From: Nitrosopumilus sp.
Lineage (GTDB): Archaea > Thermoproteota > Nitrososphaeria > Nitrososphaerales > Nitrosopumilaceae
Length of the DNA: 64,000 nucleotides
Assembly: GCA_965204345.1 (NCBI GenBank)
Contig: OZ241981.1
Coordinates: 1,408,001-1,472,000 of the forward strand
Direction of reading: 5' to 3'
This document shows, in pieces, positions 9,574 to 25,357 of the stretch (positions are counted from its first letter, which is position 1; each line of letters begins with the position of its first letter). The notes under the pieces were generated by a model. The model did no database searches. It saw only the letters and a program-made list of their open reading frames with translations, and was not told the origin of the DNA. The translations under genes were made by a program, and so were the position numbers.

Positions 9574-11733
9574 TTGTATTTCTCTAAATTTAAGATGCTT
9601 TCAGCCGGCTTTTTTCTACGAATACCTTCCTCGTCGTCATCCCCATCCTCACGTTTTCAAGGTGTCTGTAACGAATTTTTGCTAACATATTTCCTGTTTT
9701 CGGCATACGCATTACTTTACATGGTCCTGACTGCAACCATATTAAAGATAAAAATTTTTCCAACCATCGACAGAATAACATACGTGGATGCAGTAGTCAG
9801 ATGGACGATAACTGATTCGCTGCAATACGACATGCTGTTTGCATCCATAATTTTTGCAACGGCATTGCTCTTGTCGTTTAGAAAAAAGATATCAGTTTCT
9901 TTCTCAGTCATGCTACTGGTACCGGTCATCTCTGCGTCGTTTTTTGATTTTTTTCTCGAAGTTTCTCAAATGGTTTTCATCTTCTCAATGCCGACAGCAC
10001 TCACATTATTCTTGGTTGGTTATTACTTGTCTAACTACAGCCAGAAAAAGAAGAAGAAGAGCTCATCTAGCTTGGAGAAACCAGAAGAGGTGGCAACGGG
10101 TCACAGCTTCAGGCATGCGTTGTCTGTATTTTTTTCAGTTATTCTACTAGTTGAATTGGCAGCGGCACTCAGATGGGTTCTAACGCCTGTGGTTTTGGAA
10201 TTGCCCAAAAACCACTGGAGTTGGAACATAGTGTCTTTGGAAAACAGCGTGTTTTATGTTCTGGGCCTGATGGTTCCGTCCATCTTTTTGCTTTGCATCC
10301 TGTCTTTTTTGATAAAACCGTTTGTACAAAAAATATATTCAGGCATCAGCAGCGGCGGCGGCAACAACGGCAAAGACGGCAGCGGCACTACCACTGACAC
10401 TGCCATCACGCAGCAGCAGCAGCCTCAAAGACGACGACATTCAGATGATCTTGATGGCAAAAGCCCAACTGCAAACGGCCAAAAATCATTGAAAATAACA
10501 AATTTAAAAAAATACAGCCCCGTCATCTTGCTCTCAAAAATTGATTTTGATGGCAGTACGCGAAACGTTGCCTTGATGTTGTTGCTGGCAATGATATCGT
10601 CAGTTTTGATATCATTGTTTCCATACGCAGTATCCATAGTAGATGCGGACAAGTCATTTGGCACTGACGTCAAAAACTACACTGGCTGGCTTTGGCCGAT
10701 TAATTCGGCTGCCGGCCTTGAGAGCATGCTCCGTCTGGCATTCTTTGAAATAAACGAGGGTTCCAGACCCCTGACGCTGCTTTCAATATATTTTATCTCC
10801 CATATCTCCCAGTACGAGCAGGAGATTGTTTTAAAATATTTGCCAACAGTGCTGGGTCCGCTACTAGTAGCATCCACATATTTCTTTACGAGGGCTGCCT
10901 ATCCTCAGAACAGGAAGATTGCAGTGATCACATCGGTGATCACGTCAGTATCACCGCAGATAGTAATCGGGTTTTATGCGGCATTTTACGCAAATTGGTT
11001 TGCCTTGATTTTTATTTTAATCTCCTCAACGTTTCTAATCAAGTGCGTACGAAGGCAGGATCATCATCATCATCATCACGATTTTAGAAACATGACACTG
11101 TTTGGCGGCACCCTGCTGTTGGTGTTATTTTTTCATTCGTATGCATGGAGTTATTTTATGGCAACAGTTATGCTATACCTCATATGGTCACTGGCAATAA
11201 AAAAACGCAGAAAAGAGTCGGCAAAAATTTGTATCATTTTGGTGGCAGTGACATTATCCATACTTTCAGTGGATCTGTCCAGATCATATTTTGGAAACAC
11301 ATCAGATAGTTTTGAGAAAGACTTGCTGATAGCAGATTCGTCAATTAGTTATTACGAGTTTGTAAACAGATGGGCCAACTTTAATAACACTTTTTTTGTC
11401 TTTCTTGGGGGGTTTCTGACAAATTTTATGCTGCTAGGCCTGCTATTTGTATGGACCCTGCAAACAAAGCACTCGAGTCATTCAGACAGATTCTTCCTTT
11501 CGATGTTGCTGGTATCAGTGCTGCCAATCTTATTTGGGGATTTCAACGTACAGTCCAGAATATTTTACAACATTCCGTTCCACATTCCTGCAAGCGTTAT
11601 GTTGTACAAAATATACCAGAGCAACCAGACAAGGCCATTTGGCAAAATACTGGTCGTTGTGACAATATTGTTTCAGTTCAACTATGCATTAAGGGGGATG
11701 TCAAACATGAATTTTGCATCACCGATACAATGA
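9574..11733 (+). CDS. Multi-pass membrane protein, putative GT-C-fold glycosyltransferase
   Basis: Many hydrophobic segments, G.D..Y loop motif, glycosylation context; exact start uncertain. Confidence 0.6.
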   Translation: MYFSKFKMLSAGFFLRIPSSSSSPSSRFQGVCNEFLLTYFLFSAYALLYMVLTATILKIKIFPTIDRITYVDAVVRWTITDSLQYDMLFASIIFATALLLSFRKKISVSFSVMLLVPVISASFFDFFLEVSQMVFIFSMPTALTLFLVGYYLSNYSQKKKKKSSSSLEKPEEVATGHSFRHALSVFFSVILLVELAAALRWVLTPVVLELPKNHWSWNIVSLENSVFYVLGLMVPSIFLLCILSFLIKPFVQKIYSGISSGGGNNGKDGSGTTTDTAITQQQQPQRRRHSDDLDGKSPTANGQKSLKITNLKKYSPVILLSKIDFDGSTRNVALMLLLAMISSVLISLFPYAVSIVDADKSFGTDVKNYTGWLWPINSAAGLESMLRLAFFEINEGSRPLTLLSIYFISHISQYEQEIVLKYLPTVLGPLLVASTYFFTRAAYPQNRKIAVITSVITSVSPQIVIGFYAAFYANWFALIFILISSTFLIKCVRRQDHHHHHHDFRNMTLFGGTLLLVLFFHSYAWSYFMATVMLYLIWSLAIKKRRKESAKICIILVAVTLSILSVDLSRSYFGNTSDSFEKDLLIADSSISYYEFVNRWANFNNTFFVFLGGFLTNFMLLGLLFVWTLQTKHSSHSDRFFLSMLLVSVLPILFGDFNVQSRIFYNIPFHIPASVMLYKIYQSNQTRPFGKILVVVTILFQFNYALRGMSNMNFASPIQ

Positions 11734-11812
11734 AAACCCCATGATGCAACCAGAATTATACCAGCCTCTATTTTGTCAAACATGAATTTTGCATCACCGA
11801 TACAATGAAAAC
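11699..11812. repeat. 39-bp perfect direct repeat pair enclosing a 36-bp unique insert (mirror copy at 16895..17008)
   Basis: TGTCAAACATGAATTTTGCATCACCGATACAATGAAAAC at 11699-11737 and 11774-11812. Confidence 0.9.
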
Positions 11813-11931
11813 GGCAGGACACGGGAAGAAGGCTAAAAAGACTTAAAAATGAAAAACAGGCTACGGTACTTGCTTGACAAAGTCTCAAATATCTGTCTGT
11901 TGTTGCAAAATCCTGACATCTGTGTAATGCC

Positions 11932-13005
11932 ATGGCTAAAAAAAAATCCGCCCTAATAACTGGGATAACGGGTCAGGATGGCGCCTATTTGGCAAGGTTT
12001 CTCTTGAATAAAAATTATGACGTGTACGGAACATTCAGGCGCCTCTCCACGCCGAATTTTTGGAGGCTCATATCACTGGGCATTGATGAGAGCATCAATT
12101 ATATTCCGGCAGACCTTGTGGATGTCTCATCATTAACAGAGTCGCTGAAAATTTCAAACCCCGATGAAGTGTATCATCTGGCCGCCCAAAGTTATGTAGG
12201 ATCCTCATTTGATCAGCCAATAACAAGTGGGGAATACTCTGGTTTGGCAGTTGCAAGAATCTTGGAAAGCGTGAGGAGGGCAGCAGACAAAAAGAAGATC
12301 AAGTTTTATCAAGCCTCCTCAAGTGAGCTGTATGGCAGGGTTGAGGAATCCCCCCAAAATGAGGACACCCCGTTTAGACCACAGAGTCCGTACGCCGCAG
12401 CAAAGCTGTACGGTTACTGGATAACAAAAATGTACCGTGACGGCTATGACATGTTTGCCTCAAATGGAATACTGTTTAATCACGAATCCCCGTTGAGGGG
12501 ACTGGAGTTTGTCACAAGAAAGATTACAAATGCCGTTGCAAAAATCAAGCTGGGATTGCAGAAGAGACTGGTACTTGGAAACCTGGATGCATCAAGGGAT
12601 TGGGGATATGCGCCTGAATACGTCGAATGCATGTGGAGAATAATGCAGCAAAAAAATCCGGATGACTATGTCATTTCTACCAATGAGGCCCATACGGTAA
12701 GAGAGTTTGTGGAGCTGGCCTTCTCACATGTTGATTTGAAATGGGAAAAATACGTAAAATCAGATGATCGGTTTTATAGGATTCTTGAGGTAGATACGCT
12801 AAGGGGGGATTCATCCAAAGCCAAGAGGGAGCTTAGGTGGAGGCCAAAAACCAGGTTTGAGGATTTGGTTAAAATCATGGTAAATGCGGACATTCAGAGA
12901 TGGGAACGCTGGCAGAAAGGCAAGACATTTTCATGGGATGCAATTAATTATATCGACGAAAAGAAGACGCTTTTTAGGACAAGAAAGACAAGCGTGCATT
13001 CGTAA
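11932..13005 (+). CDS. gmd: GDP-mannose 4,6-dehydratase
   Basis: ALITGITGQDGAYL, HLAAQS, YQASSSELYG, SPYAAAKLY, FNHESPLRG, RDWGYA. Confidence 0.93.
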   Translation: MAKKKSALITGITGQDGAYLARFLLNKNYDVYGTFRRLSTPNFWRLISLGIDESINYIPADLVDVSSLTESLKISNPDEVYHLAAQSYVGSSFDQPITSGEYSGLAVARILESVRRAADKKKIKFYQASSSELYGRVEESPQNEDTPFRPQSPYAAAKLYGYWITKMYRDGYDMFASNGILFNHESPLRGLEFVTRKITNAVAKIKLGLQKRLVLGNLDASRDWGYAPEYVECMWRIMQQKNPDDYVISTNEAHTVREFVELAFSHVDLKWEKYVKSDDRFYRILEVDTLRGDSSKAKRELRWRPKTRFEDLVKIMVNADIQRWERWQKGKTFSWDAINYIDEKKTLFRTRKTSVHS

Positions 13006-13194
13006 ATAGGTTGTCCGGCATGTAATGCCGTATGTCAGTCAGGCAATCAGCCGGCATGCATGCATGCATATAGCAGCCGGCTGGCACAGACATACTTGTG
13101 CAAATAATATCCAAGTCAGCCAGCAAGTCAGTGTGTATATATATCATACCTGTCCAAATAACATGCAAGTCAGTCATCATTCTCTTAGTGCTCC

Positions 13195-14172
13195 TCAAGA
13201 CAAGTCTGGGTTAAGAATCCTTTTCTTCTCAATGCTCTTGGTCTTGTCTTGTGGATTATTAAGATACCAAGCAATCAGCTCTTTTAATCCCTCTTCAAAC
13301 TTTATTTGGGGTTTCCAGCCAAACTCGTTTTTAGCTTTAGATATGTCCAACAAGCGTCTTGGTTGACCGTTAGGATGATTGACATCAAAGAGTATTTCCA
13401 AATCCAAATCCATGAGTTTCATTAGTATTTTTGTAAGTTCTAGTATTGTGATTTCATATCCCCCACCAATATTCACAGGGGATGGGTCATTGTAAGATTC
13501 TGAGGCCATTATAATGGCTTGTGCTGCATCAGTTATGTGAAGAAAATCTCGTGAAGCAGAACCGTCACCGAAAAGTGTGATGCTTGGATAATTGTTAATT
13601 TTTGCTTCATGCAGTTTCACAATCAATGCAGGAATTACATGGGACATTTCTGGTGAAAAATTATCTTTGATTCCATACAAATTACTCAATATTATATTAA
13701 TTGCGGTAAAATTGAACTGTGCGGCATATGCATCGGATTGAACAATCAGCATTTTTTTTGCCAGTCCATAGTGGGAATTTGTCTCCTCAGGATAGCCATC
13801 CCAAATATCTTTCTCTAAGGAAGGGAGATGAGTATATTTTGGATAGCTGCACACGGTTCCGATTGAAATGAATTTTTTAACATTTGCCTTTCGTGCTTCC
13901 TCCATCAAATGAGCTCCCATTATTAGGTTGTCATAGAAAACCGAGCCAGGATATTTGGCTGTAAAGCCAATTCCTCCAATAAGTCCGGCAGCATGAAAAA
14001 CAATATCAACGTCTTGTACAATCCTAGCACAGTTTGACTTTTCACGTAAATCGCATTCTTTGGATGTTGGAGTAATTATTTTGTTGGGTTTTTTTTCTTT
14101 TAAGAGAGAGACAATATTTGAACCTAAGAAGCCGTTGGCACCTGTAACTAAGACATTCAATTTATCCCACAT
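13195..14172 (-). CDS. fcl: GDP-L-fucose synthase-like epimerase/reductase
   Basis: VTGANGFLG, GTVCSYPK, YGLAKK, NLYG..DNF, SHVIPALI, GQPRRLLD. Confidence 0.88.
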   Translation of the reverse strand: MWDKLNVLVTGANGFLGSNIVSLLKEKKPNKIITPTSKECDLREKSNCARIVQDVDIVFHAAGLIGGIGFTAKYPGSVFYDNLIMGAHLMEEARKANVKKFISIGTVCSYPKYTHLPSLEKDIWDGYPEETNSHYGLAKKMLIVQSDAYAAQFNFTAINIILSNLYGIKDNFSPEMSHVIPALIVKLHEAKINNYPSITLFGDGSASRDFLHITDAAQAIIMASESYNDPSPVNIGGGYEITILELTKILMKLMDLDLEILFDVNHPNGQPRRLLDISKAKNEFGWKPQIKFEEGLKELIAWYLNNPQDKTKSIEKKRILNPDLS

Positions 14173-14219
14173 TTAAGTAATATACAATCATTATGTAATT
14201 AATACTTTTATTTACACTG

Positions 14220-15254
14220 TCTATTGTACGAAAATTATGTCCGCCTAAGCTCAGGCTTCAGACAAGGGATTATTACCGCATATACCGATCACGAATAATG
14301 AAGAGAACCAGACTAAAAGGAGATCAGATTAGATACATCATACGGCAGCATCAAAAGGGCACAGCTGCAGCAGTCTGGCCCAGACCATGCAGGTCAGCGC
14401 AAGACACGTCAGACGCATATGGGCAGCCTACCGCAAGACCGGAAGAATACTCCCCCACAGAAAGGCAGAAAGACCCAGAAAGATACCATCACCTGAGGAT
14501 GTACGTCATGTTCTTAAGACATATGATGATATTCATGCAGTAGTAGTGCGCACGACTCGCCACCTCAGAAAGTCATCTCATATAAGCTACCATACGGTAT
14601 ACCAAATAATGAAATCCAACGGACTGGCCAGACTGTCTCCTGAAAAATCCAAGAAGAGGAAATACGTCAGATACGAGCGACTGTATTCCAATGCAATGTG
14701 GCATGTGGACTGGCCAAAATGAAGGATCCACGCCTGAAAGGACTGCAACTTGTGGCATATCTGGATGATGCATCAAGATGCATAACGGGATTCGAGATAT
14801 TTGAGTGCCACAAGCCAGAACACTGTAGCCGTTTTGCGCAAGGCTATCAAGTCATTTGGCACGCCAGGTCAGATACTTTCAGACAATGGAGCCCAGTTCA
14901 CATCCCGGAACCGCGGTGTACCTGCCAAGGGATGGAAGCCCACCCTGTTTGAGGAGGAAGCTCTAGAGAGGGGTATTGCCCTGATTAACTCGCGCCCCCA
15001 CCACCCGCAGACCAACGGCAAGATTGAAAGATTCTTCAAGACACTTAAGGATGAGATTGTACACTTAAGACAGTAGGGGAGTTCATCGATTTTTACAATG
15101 AGGATAGGTTGCATTTTTCTCTGGACATAGAGAACTGTCAGGTGCCCCTGATGGCATTTAAGGCCAAAAAGGTTCCTGATGCGATCAGGAAAAACAACCA
15201 AAAATGGATGGAGGTGGACATAAATGACTAGCGGACATATTATCATATAATACA
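14220..15254 (+). mobile_element. IS481-family element copy 3, frameshifted
   Basis: Split transposase ORFs 14298-15076 and onward; IRs TCTATTGTACG... and ...ATATAATACA. Confidence 0.9.
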
Positions 15255-15512
15255 ATCACAATACTAGAACTTACAAAAATACTAATGAAACTCATGGATT
15301 TGGATTTGGAAATACTCTTTGATGTCAATCATCCTAACGGTCAACCAAGACGCTTGTTGGACATATCTAAAGCTAAAAACGAGTTTGGCTGGAAACCCCA
15401 AATAAAGTTTGAAGAGGGATTAAAAGAGCTGATTGCTTGGTATCTTAATAATCCACAAGACAAGACCAAGAGCATTGAGAAGAAAAGGATTCTTAACCCA
15501 GACTTGTCTTGA
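15255..15512 (+). pseudogene. fcl: 3' fragment of fcl at the start of the right inverted arm
   Basis: Reverse complement of 13195-13452, beginning exactly at the IS end. Confidence 0.9.
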
Positions 15513-15701
15513 GGAGCACTAAGAGAATGATGACTGACTTGCATGTTATTTGGACAGGTATGATATATATACACACTGACTTGCTGGCTGACTTGGATAT
15601 TATTTGCACAAGTATGTCTGTGCCAGCCGGCTGCTATATGCATGCATGCATGCCGGCTGATTGCCTGACTGACATACGGCATTACATGCCGGACAACCTA
15701 T

Positions 15702-16775
15702 TTACGAATGCACGCTTGTCTTTCTTGTCCTAAAAAGCGTCTTCTTTTCGTCGATATAATTAATTGCATCCCATGAAAATGTCTTGCCTTTCTGCCAGCG
15801 TTCCCATCTCTGAATGTCCGCATTTACCATGATTTTAACCAAATCCTCAAACCTGGTTTTTGGCCTCCACCTAAGCTCCCTCTTGGCTTTGGATGAATCC
15901 CCCCTTAGCGTATCTACCTCAAGAATCCTATAAAACCGATCATCTGATTTTACGTATTTTTCCCATTTCAAATCAACATGTGAGAAGGCCAGCTCCACAA
16001 ACTCTCTTACCGTATGGGCCTCATTGGTAGAAATGACATAGTCATCCGGATTTTTTTGCTGCATTATTCTCCACATGCATTCGACGTATTCAGGCGCATA
16101 TCCCCAATCCCTTGATGCATCCAGGTTTCCAAGTACCAGTCTCTTCTGCAATCCCAGCTTGATTTTTGCAACGGCATTTGTAATCTTTCTTGTGACAAAC
16201 TCCAGTCCCCTCAACGGGGATTCGTGATTAAACAGTATTCCATTTGAGGCAAACATGTCATAGCCGTCACGGTACATTTTTGTTATCCAGTAACCGTACA
16301 GCTTTGCTGCGGCGTACGGACTCTGTGGTCTAAACGGGGTGTCCTCATTTTGGGGGGATTCCTCAACCCTGCCATACAGCTCACTTGAGGAGGCTTGATA
16401 AAACTTGATCTTCTTTTTGTCTGCTGCCCTCCTCACGCTTTCCAAGATTCTTGCAACTGCCAAACCAGAGTATTCCCCACTTGTTATTGGCTGATCAAAT
16501 GAGGATCCTACATAACTTTGGGCGGCCAGATGATACACTTCATCGGGGTTTGAAATTTTCAGCGACTCTGTTAATGATGAGACATCCACAAGGTCTGCCG
16601 GAATATAATTGATGCTCTCATCAATGCCCAGTGATATGAGCCTCCAAAAATTCGGCGTGGAGAGGCGCCTGAATGTTCCGTACACGTCATAATTTTTATT
16701 CAAGAGAAACCTTGCCAAATAGGCGCCATCCTGACCCGTTATCCCAGTTATTAGGGCGGATTTTTTTTTAGCCAT
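15702..16775 (-). CDS. gmd: GDP-mannose 4,6-dehydratase (inverted copy)
   Basis: Identical protein to 11932..13005. Confidence 0.93.
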   Translation of the reverse strand: MAKKKSALITGITGQDGAYLARFLLNKNYDVYGTFRRLSTPNFWRLISLGIDESINYIPADLVDVSSLTESLKISNPDEVYHLAAQSYVGSSFDQPITSGEYSGLAVARILESVRRAADKKKIKFYQASSSELYGRVEESPQNEDTPFRPQSPYAAAKLYGYWITKMYRDGYDMFASNGILFNHESPLRGLEFVTRKITNAVAKIKLGLQKRLVLGNLDASRDWGYAPEYVECMWRIMQQKNPDDYVISTNEAHTVREFVELAFSHVDLKWEKYVKSDDRFYRILEVDTLRGDSSKAKRELRWRPKTRFEDLVKIMVNADIQRWERWQKGKTFSWDAINYIDEKKTLFRTRKTSVHS

Positions 16776-16973
16776 GGCATTACACAGATGTCAGGATTTT
16801 GCAACAACAGACAGATATTTGAGACTTTGTCAAGCAAGTACCGTAGCCTGTTTTTCATTTTTAAGTCTTTTTAGCCTTCTTCCCGTGTCCTGCCGTTTTC
16901 ATTGTATCGGTGATGCAAAATTCATGTTTGACAAAATAGAGGCTGGTATAATTCTGGTTGCATCATGGGGTTT

Positions 16974-19133
16974 TCATTGTATCGGTGATGCAAAATTCAT
17001 GTTTGACATCCCCCTTAATGCATAGTTGAACTGAAACAATATTGTCACAACGACCAGTATTTTGCCAAATGGCCTTGTCTGGTTGCTCTGGTATATTTTG
17101 TACAACATAACGCTTGCAGGAATGTGGAACGGAATGTTGTAAAATATTCTGGACTGTACGTTGAAATCCCCAAATAAGATTGGCAGCACTGATACCAGCA
17201 ACATCGAAAGGAAGAATCTGTCTGAATGACTCGAGTGCTTTGTTTGCAGGGTCCATACAAATAGCAGGCCTAGCAGCATAAAATTTGTCAGAAACCCCCC
17301 AAGAAAGACAAAAAAAGTGTTATTAAAGTTGGCCCATCTGTTTACAAACTCGTAATAACTAATTGACGAATCTGCTATCAGCAAGTCTTTCTCAAAACTA
17401 TCTGATGTGTTTCCAAAATATGATCTGGACAGATCCACTGAAAGTATGGATAATGTCACTGCCACCAAAATGATACAAATTTTTGCCGACTCTTTTCTGC
17501 GTTTTTTTATTGCCAGTGACCATATGAGGTATAGCATAACTGTTGCCATAAAATAACTCCATGCATACGAATGAAAAAATAACACCAACAGCAGGGTGCC
17601 GCCAAACAGTGTCATGTTTCTAAAATCGTGATGATGATGATGATGATCCTGCCTTCGTACGCACTTGATTAGAAACGTTGAGGAGATTAAAATAAAAATC
17701 AAGGCAAACCAATTTGCGTAAAATGCCGCATAAAACCCGATTACTATCTGCGGTGATACTGACGTGATCACCGATGTGATCACTGCAATCTTCCTGTTCT
17801 GAGGATAGGCAGCCCTCGTAAAGAAATATGTGGATGCTACTAGTAGCGGACCCAGCACTGTTGGCAAATATTTTAAAACAATCTCCTGCTCGTACTGGGA
17901 GATATGGGAGATAAAATATATTGAAAGCAGCGTCAGGGGTCTGGAACCCTCGTTTATTTCAAAGAATGCCAGACGGAGCATGCTCTCAAGGCCGGCAGCC
18001 GAATTAATCGGCCAAAGCCAGCCAGTGTAGTTTTTGACGTCAGTGCCAAATGACTTGTCCGCATCTACTATGGATACTGCGTATGGAAACAATGATATCA
18101 AAACTGACGATATCATTGCCAGCAACAACATCAAGGCAACGTTTCGCGTACTGCCATCAAAATCAATTTTTGAGAGCAAGATGACGGGGCTGTATTTTTT
18201 TAAATTTGTTATTTTCAATGATTTTTGGCCGTTTGCAGTTGGGCTTTTGCCATCAAGATCATCTGAATGTCGTCGTCTTTGAGGCTGCTGCTGCTGCGTG
18301 ATGGCAGTGTCAGTGGTAGTGCCGCTGCCGTCTTTGCCGTTGTTGCCGCCGCCGCTGCTGATGCCTGAATATATTTTTTGTACAAACGGTTTTATCAAAA
18401 AAGACAGGATGCAAAGCAAAAAGATGGACGGAACCATCAGGCCCAGAACATAAAACACGCTGTTTTCCAAAGACACTATGTTCCAACTCCAGTGGTTTTT
18501 GGGCAATTCCAAAACCACAGGCGTTAGAACCCATCTGAGTGCCGCTGCCAATTCAACTAGTAGAATAACTGAAAAAAATACAGACAACGCATGCCTGAAG
18601 CTGTGACCCGTTGCCACCTCTTCTGGTTTCTCCAAGCTAGATGAGCTCTTCTTCTTCTTTTTCTGGCTGTAGTTAGACAAGTAATAACCAACCAAGAATA
18701 ATGTGAGTGCTGTCGGCATTGAGAAGATGAAAACCATTTGAGAAACTTCGAGAAAAAAATCAAAAAACGACGCAGAGATGACCGGTACCAGTAGCATGAC
18801 TGAGAAAGAAACTGATATCTTTTTTCTAAACGACAAGAGCAATGCCGTTGCAAAAATTATGGATGCAAACAGCATGTCGTATTGCAGCGAATCAGTTATC
18901 GTCCATCTGACTACTGCATCCACGTATGTTATTCTGTCGATGGTTGGAAAAATTTTTATCTTTAATATGGTTGCAGTCAGGACCATGTAAAGTAATGCGT
19001 ATGCCGAAAACAGGAAATATGTTAGCAAAAATTCGTTACAGACACCTTGAAAACGTGAGGATGGGGATGACGACGAGGAAGGTATTCGTAGAAAAAAGCC
19101 GGCTGAAAGCATCTTAAATTTAGAGAAATACAA
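16974..19133 (-). CDS. Multi-pass membrane protein, putative GT-C fold (inverted copy)
   Basis: Identical protein to 9574..11733. Confidence 0.6.
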   Translation of the reverse strand: MYFSKFKMLSAGFFLRIPSSSSSPSSRFQGVCNEFLLTYFLFSAYALLYMVLTATILKIKIFPTIDRITYVDAVVRWTITDSLQYDMLFASIIFATALLLSFRKKISVSFSVMLLVPVISASFFDFFLEVSQMVFIFSMPTALTLFLVGYYLSNYSQKKKKKSSSSLEKPEEVATGHSFRHALSVFFSVILLVELAAALRWVLTPVVLELPKNHWSWNIVSLENSVFYVLGLMVPSIFLLCILSFLIKPFVQKIYSGISSGGGNNGKDGSGTTTDTAITQQQQPQRRRHSDDLDGKSPTANGQKSLKITNLKKYSPVILLSKIDFDGSTRNVALMLLLAMISSVLISLFPYAVSIVDADKSFGTDVKNYTGWLWPINSAAGLESMLRLAFFEINEGSRPLTLLSIYFISHISQYEQEIVLKYLPTVLGPLLVASTYFFTRAAYPQNRKIAVITSVITSVSPQIVIGFYAAFYANWFALIFILISSTFLIKCVRRQDHHHHHHDFRNMTLFGGTLLLVLFFHSYAWSYFMATVMLYLIWSLAIKKRRKESAKICIILVAVTLSILSVDLSRSYFGNTSDSFEKDLLIADSSISYYEFVNRWANFNNTFFVFLGGFLTNFMLLGLLFVWTLQTKHSSHSDRFFLSMLLVSVLPILFGDFNVQSRIFYNIPFHIPASVMLYKIYQSNQTRPFGKILVVVTILFQFNYALRGMSNMNFASPIQ

Positions 19134-19179
19134 AATTATTTAATTATAATGTAATGACTGTCTCTCCAGTCCTGCCATA

Positions 19180-24165
<4,986 letters not shown>

Positions 24166-24240
24166 GTCTAGATGATGGTTATATGCGTATTTTTTTTGTT
24201 TATCTTTGATCATGCCCATGACTGTATTTTTTTTACCTGT

Positions 24241-24300
24241 TTTGTGCAAAAATCATGTCTCCCAGTCTGTTTTGTGCAAAAATCATATCTCCCAGTCTAT
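24241..24300. repeat. 30-bp tandem duplication spanning the sulfotransferase stop
   Basis: TTTGTGCAAAAATCAT(G/A)TCTCCCAGTCT(G/A)T twice; single copy in the left arm. Confidence 0.85.
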
Positions 24301-25140
24301 TTTGCGCCCCAGCATTATTTCCAGCTTTGTCTTTTCGTCCAGAAATATCTCCCTGAGTTGCGACATGTCAAATTCCGAACTTTTCGGACGCTTTTCCTTT
24401 TTCATCAAAAACATCTCAGCCATCTTTATTATCCTGTCAGTTGGGAGTATTCTGACTACTATCTTCAAAAGTGTCTTGTTTTTTATTACTGCTTTTTGCA
24501 ATCTTCCCCCCGGCACTGCGTACCTGTTATAAACTTCATCCTTAAAATCATGCAATCCGTCTATCTCCAAGAATTCCAAAACCTCCCTTACTGTTTTTTT
24601 GGTATCTTTGATGAATTCCTCAAAAATTATGATTTTTATCTGTTTTTTATCAAACTTGCCGTAATAATTTCCTATATGCTGAGAATACATGCCTGTTTTT
24701 ACAATTGAATGTATGTCTTTTGACAATGATCTTATGCCTGCCTTGACTACCTCCTCAAACGGCAGAATGTCTAATGCATACTTTATCTGATACAGATAAT
24801 CTGAAATTAGCCTCTCATTTGGATTTCTTAAGATCATAATTATCTTGGCATTGGGATTCTTTGCATGTATAGCTCCCGGGGAATCGGGGTCCATAAAGTA
24901 CGTTACGCTGCCTTCCCCTATTATCTGATCCTCTCTTGCGTGCGCAAATAATGACAGGTATTCTTTTTCGGTTTTTATTGGACTTACAATCAGATTCGTC
25001 TGCCGTTTAATGTTTGGCGAAAAATAATGCGACTCTTTGCGCTTTGGCATAAATATTTTGGGATTCTGTTTCAAATACTTGTACAGTGATGTAGTTCCTG
25101 ACCTTGGAGCTCCGACAATAAAGAAATCTGGAAACCGCAT
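24283..25140 (-). CDS. PAPS-dependent sulfotransferase
   Basis: PDFFIVGAPRSGTTSLY (5'-PSB loop), KESHYF, LRNP.ER..S.Y (3'-PB). Confidence 0.9.
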   Translation of the reverse strand: MRFPDFFIVGAPRSGTTSLYKYLKQNPKIFMPKRKESHYFSPNIKRQTNLIVSPIKTEKEYLSLFAHAREDQIIGEGSVTYFMDPDSPGAIHAKNPNAKIIMILRNPNERLISDYLYQIKYALDILPFEEVVKAGIRSLSKDIHSIVKTGMYSQHIGNYYGKFDKKQIKIIIFEEFIKDTKKTVREVLEFLEIDGLHDFKDEVYNRYAVPGGRLQKAVIKNKTLLKIVVRILPTDRIIKMAEMFLMKKEKRPKSSEFDMSQLREIFLDEKTKLEIMLGRKIDWEI

Positions 25141-25357
25141 GTCCAAAAATATTTTCAAAAGTTAATATCTCTTTCCTGATTTTTTATAAAAAAGGCATTC
25201 TCCTCATTGTGTCTGAAGCCCAAACAGAATGATGTTTATGGTGTTATTTTGATTGCACGAATTTTTTTTGTATGTATGTATGTATGTATTTAAATCATCA
25301 TCCAATGCTGTACAATCCAAAATCATTCTAGGACATGCAGTATCTAAACACTCACTA

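Noticed and set aside
13010-13190. Degenerate 35-bp repeats between gmd and fcl as a scar or mini-array
   Set aside because: Period of 54 bp, several mismatches and a low-complexity intervening sequence; better explained by slippage.
24241-24300. 30-bp duplication as another spacer-integration scar
   Set aside because: Plain tandem duplication with no intervening insert.
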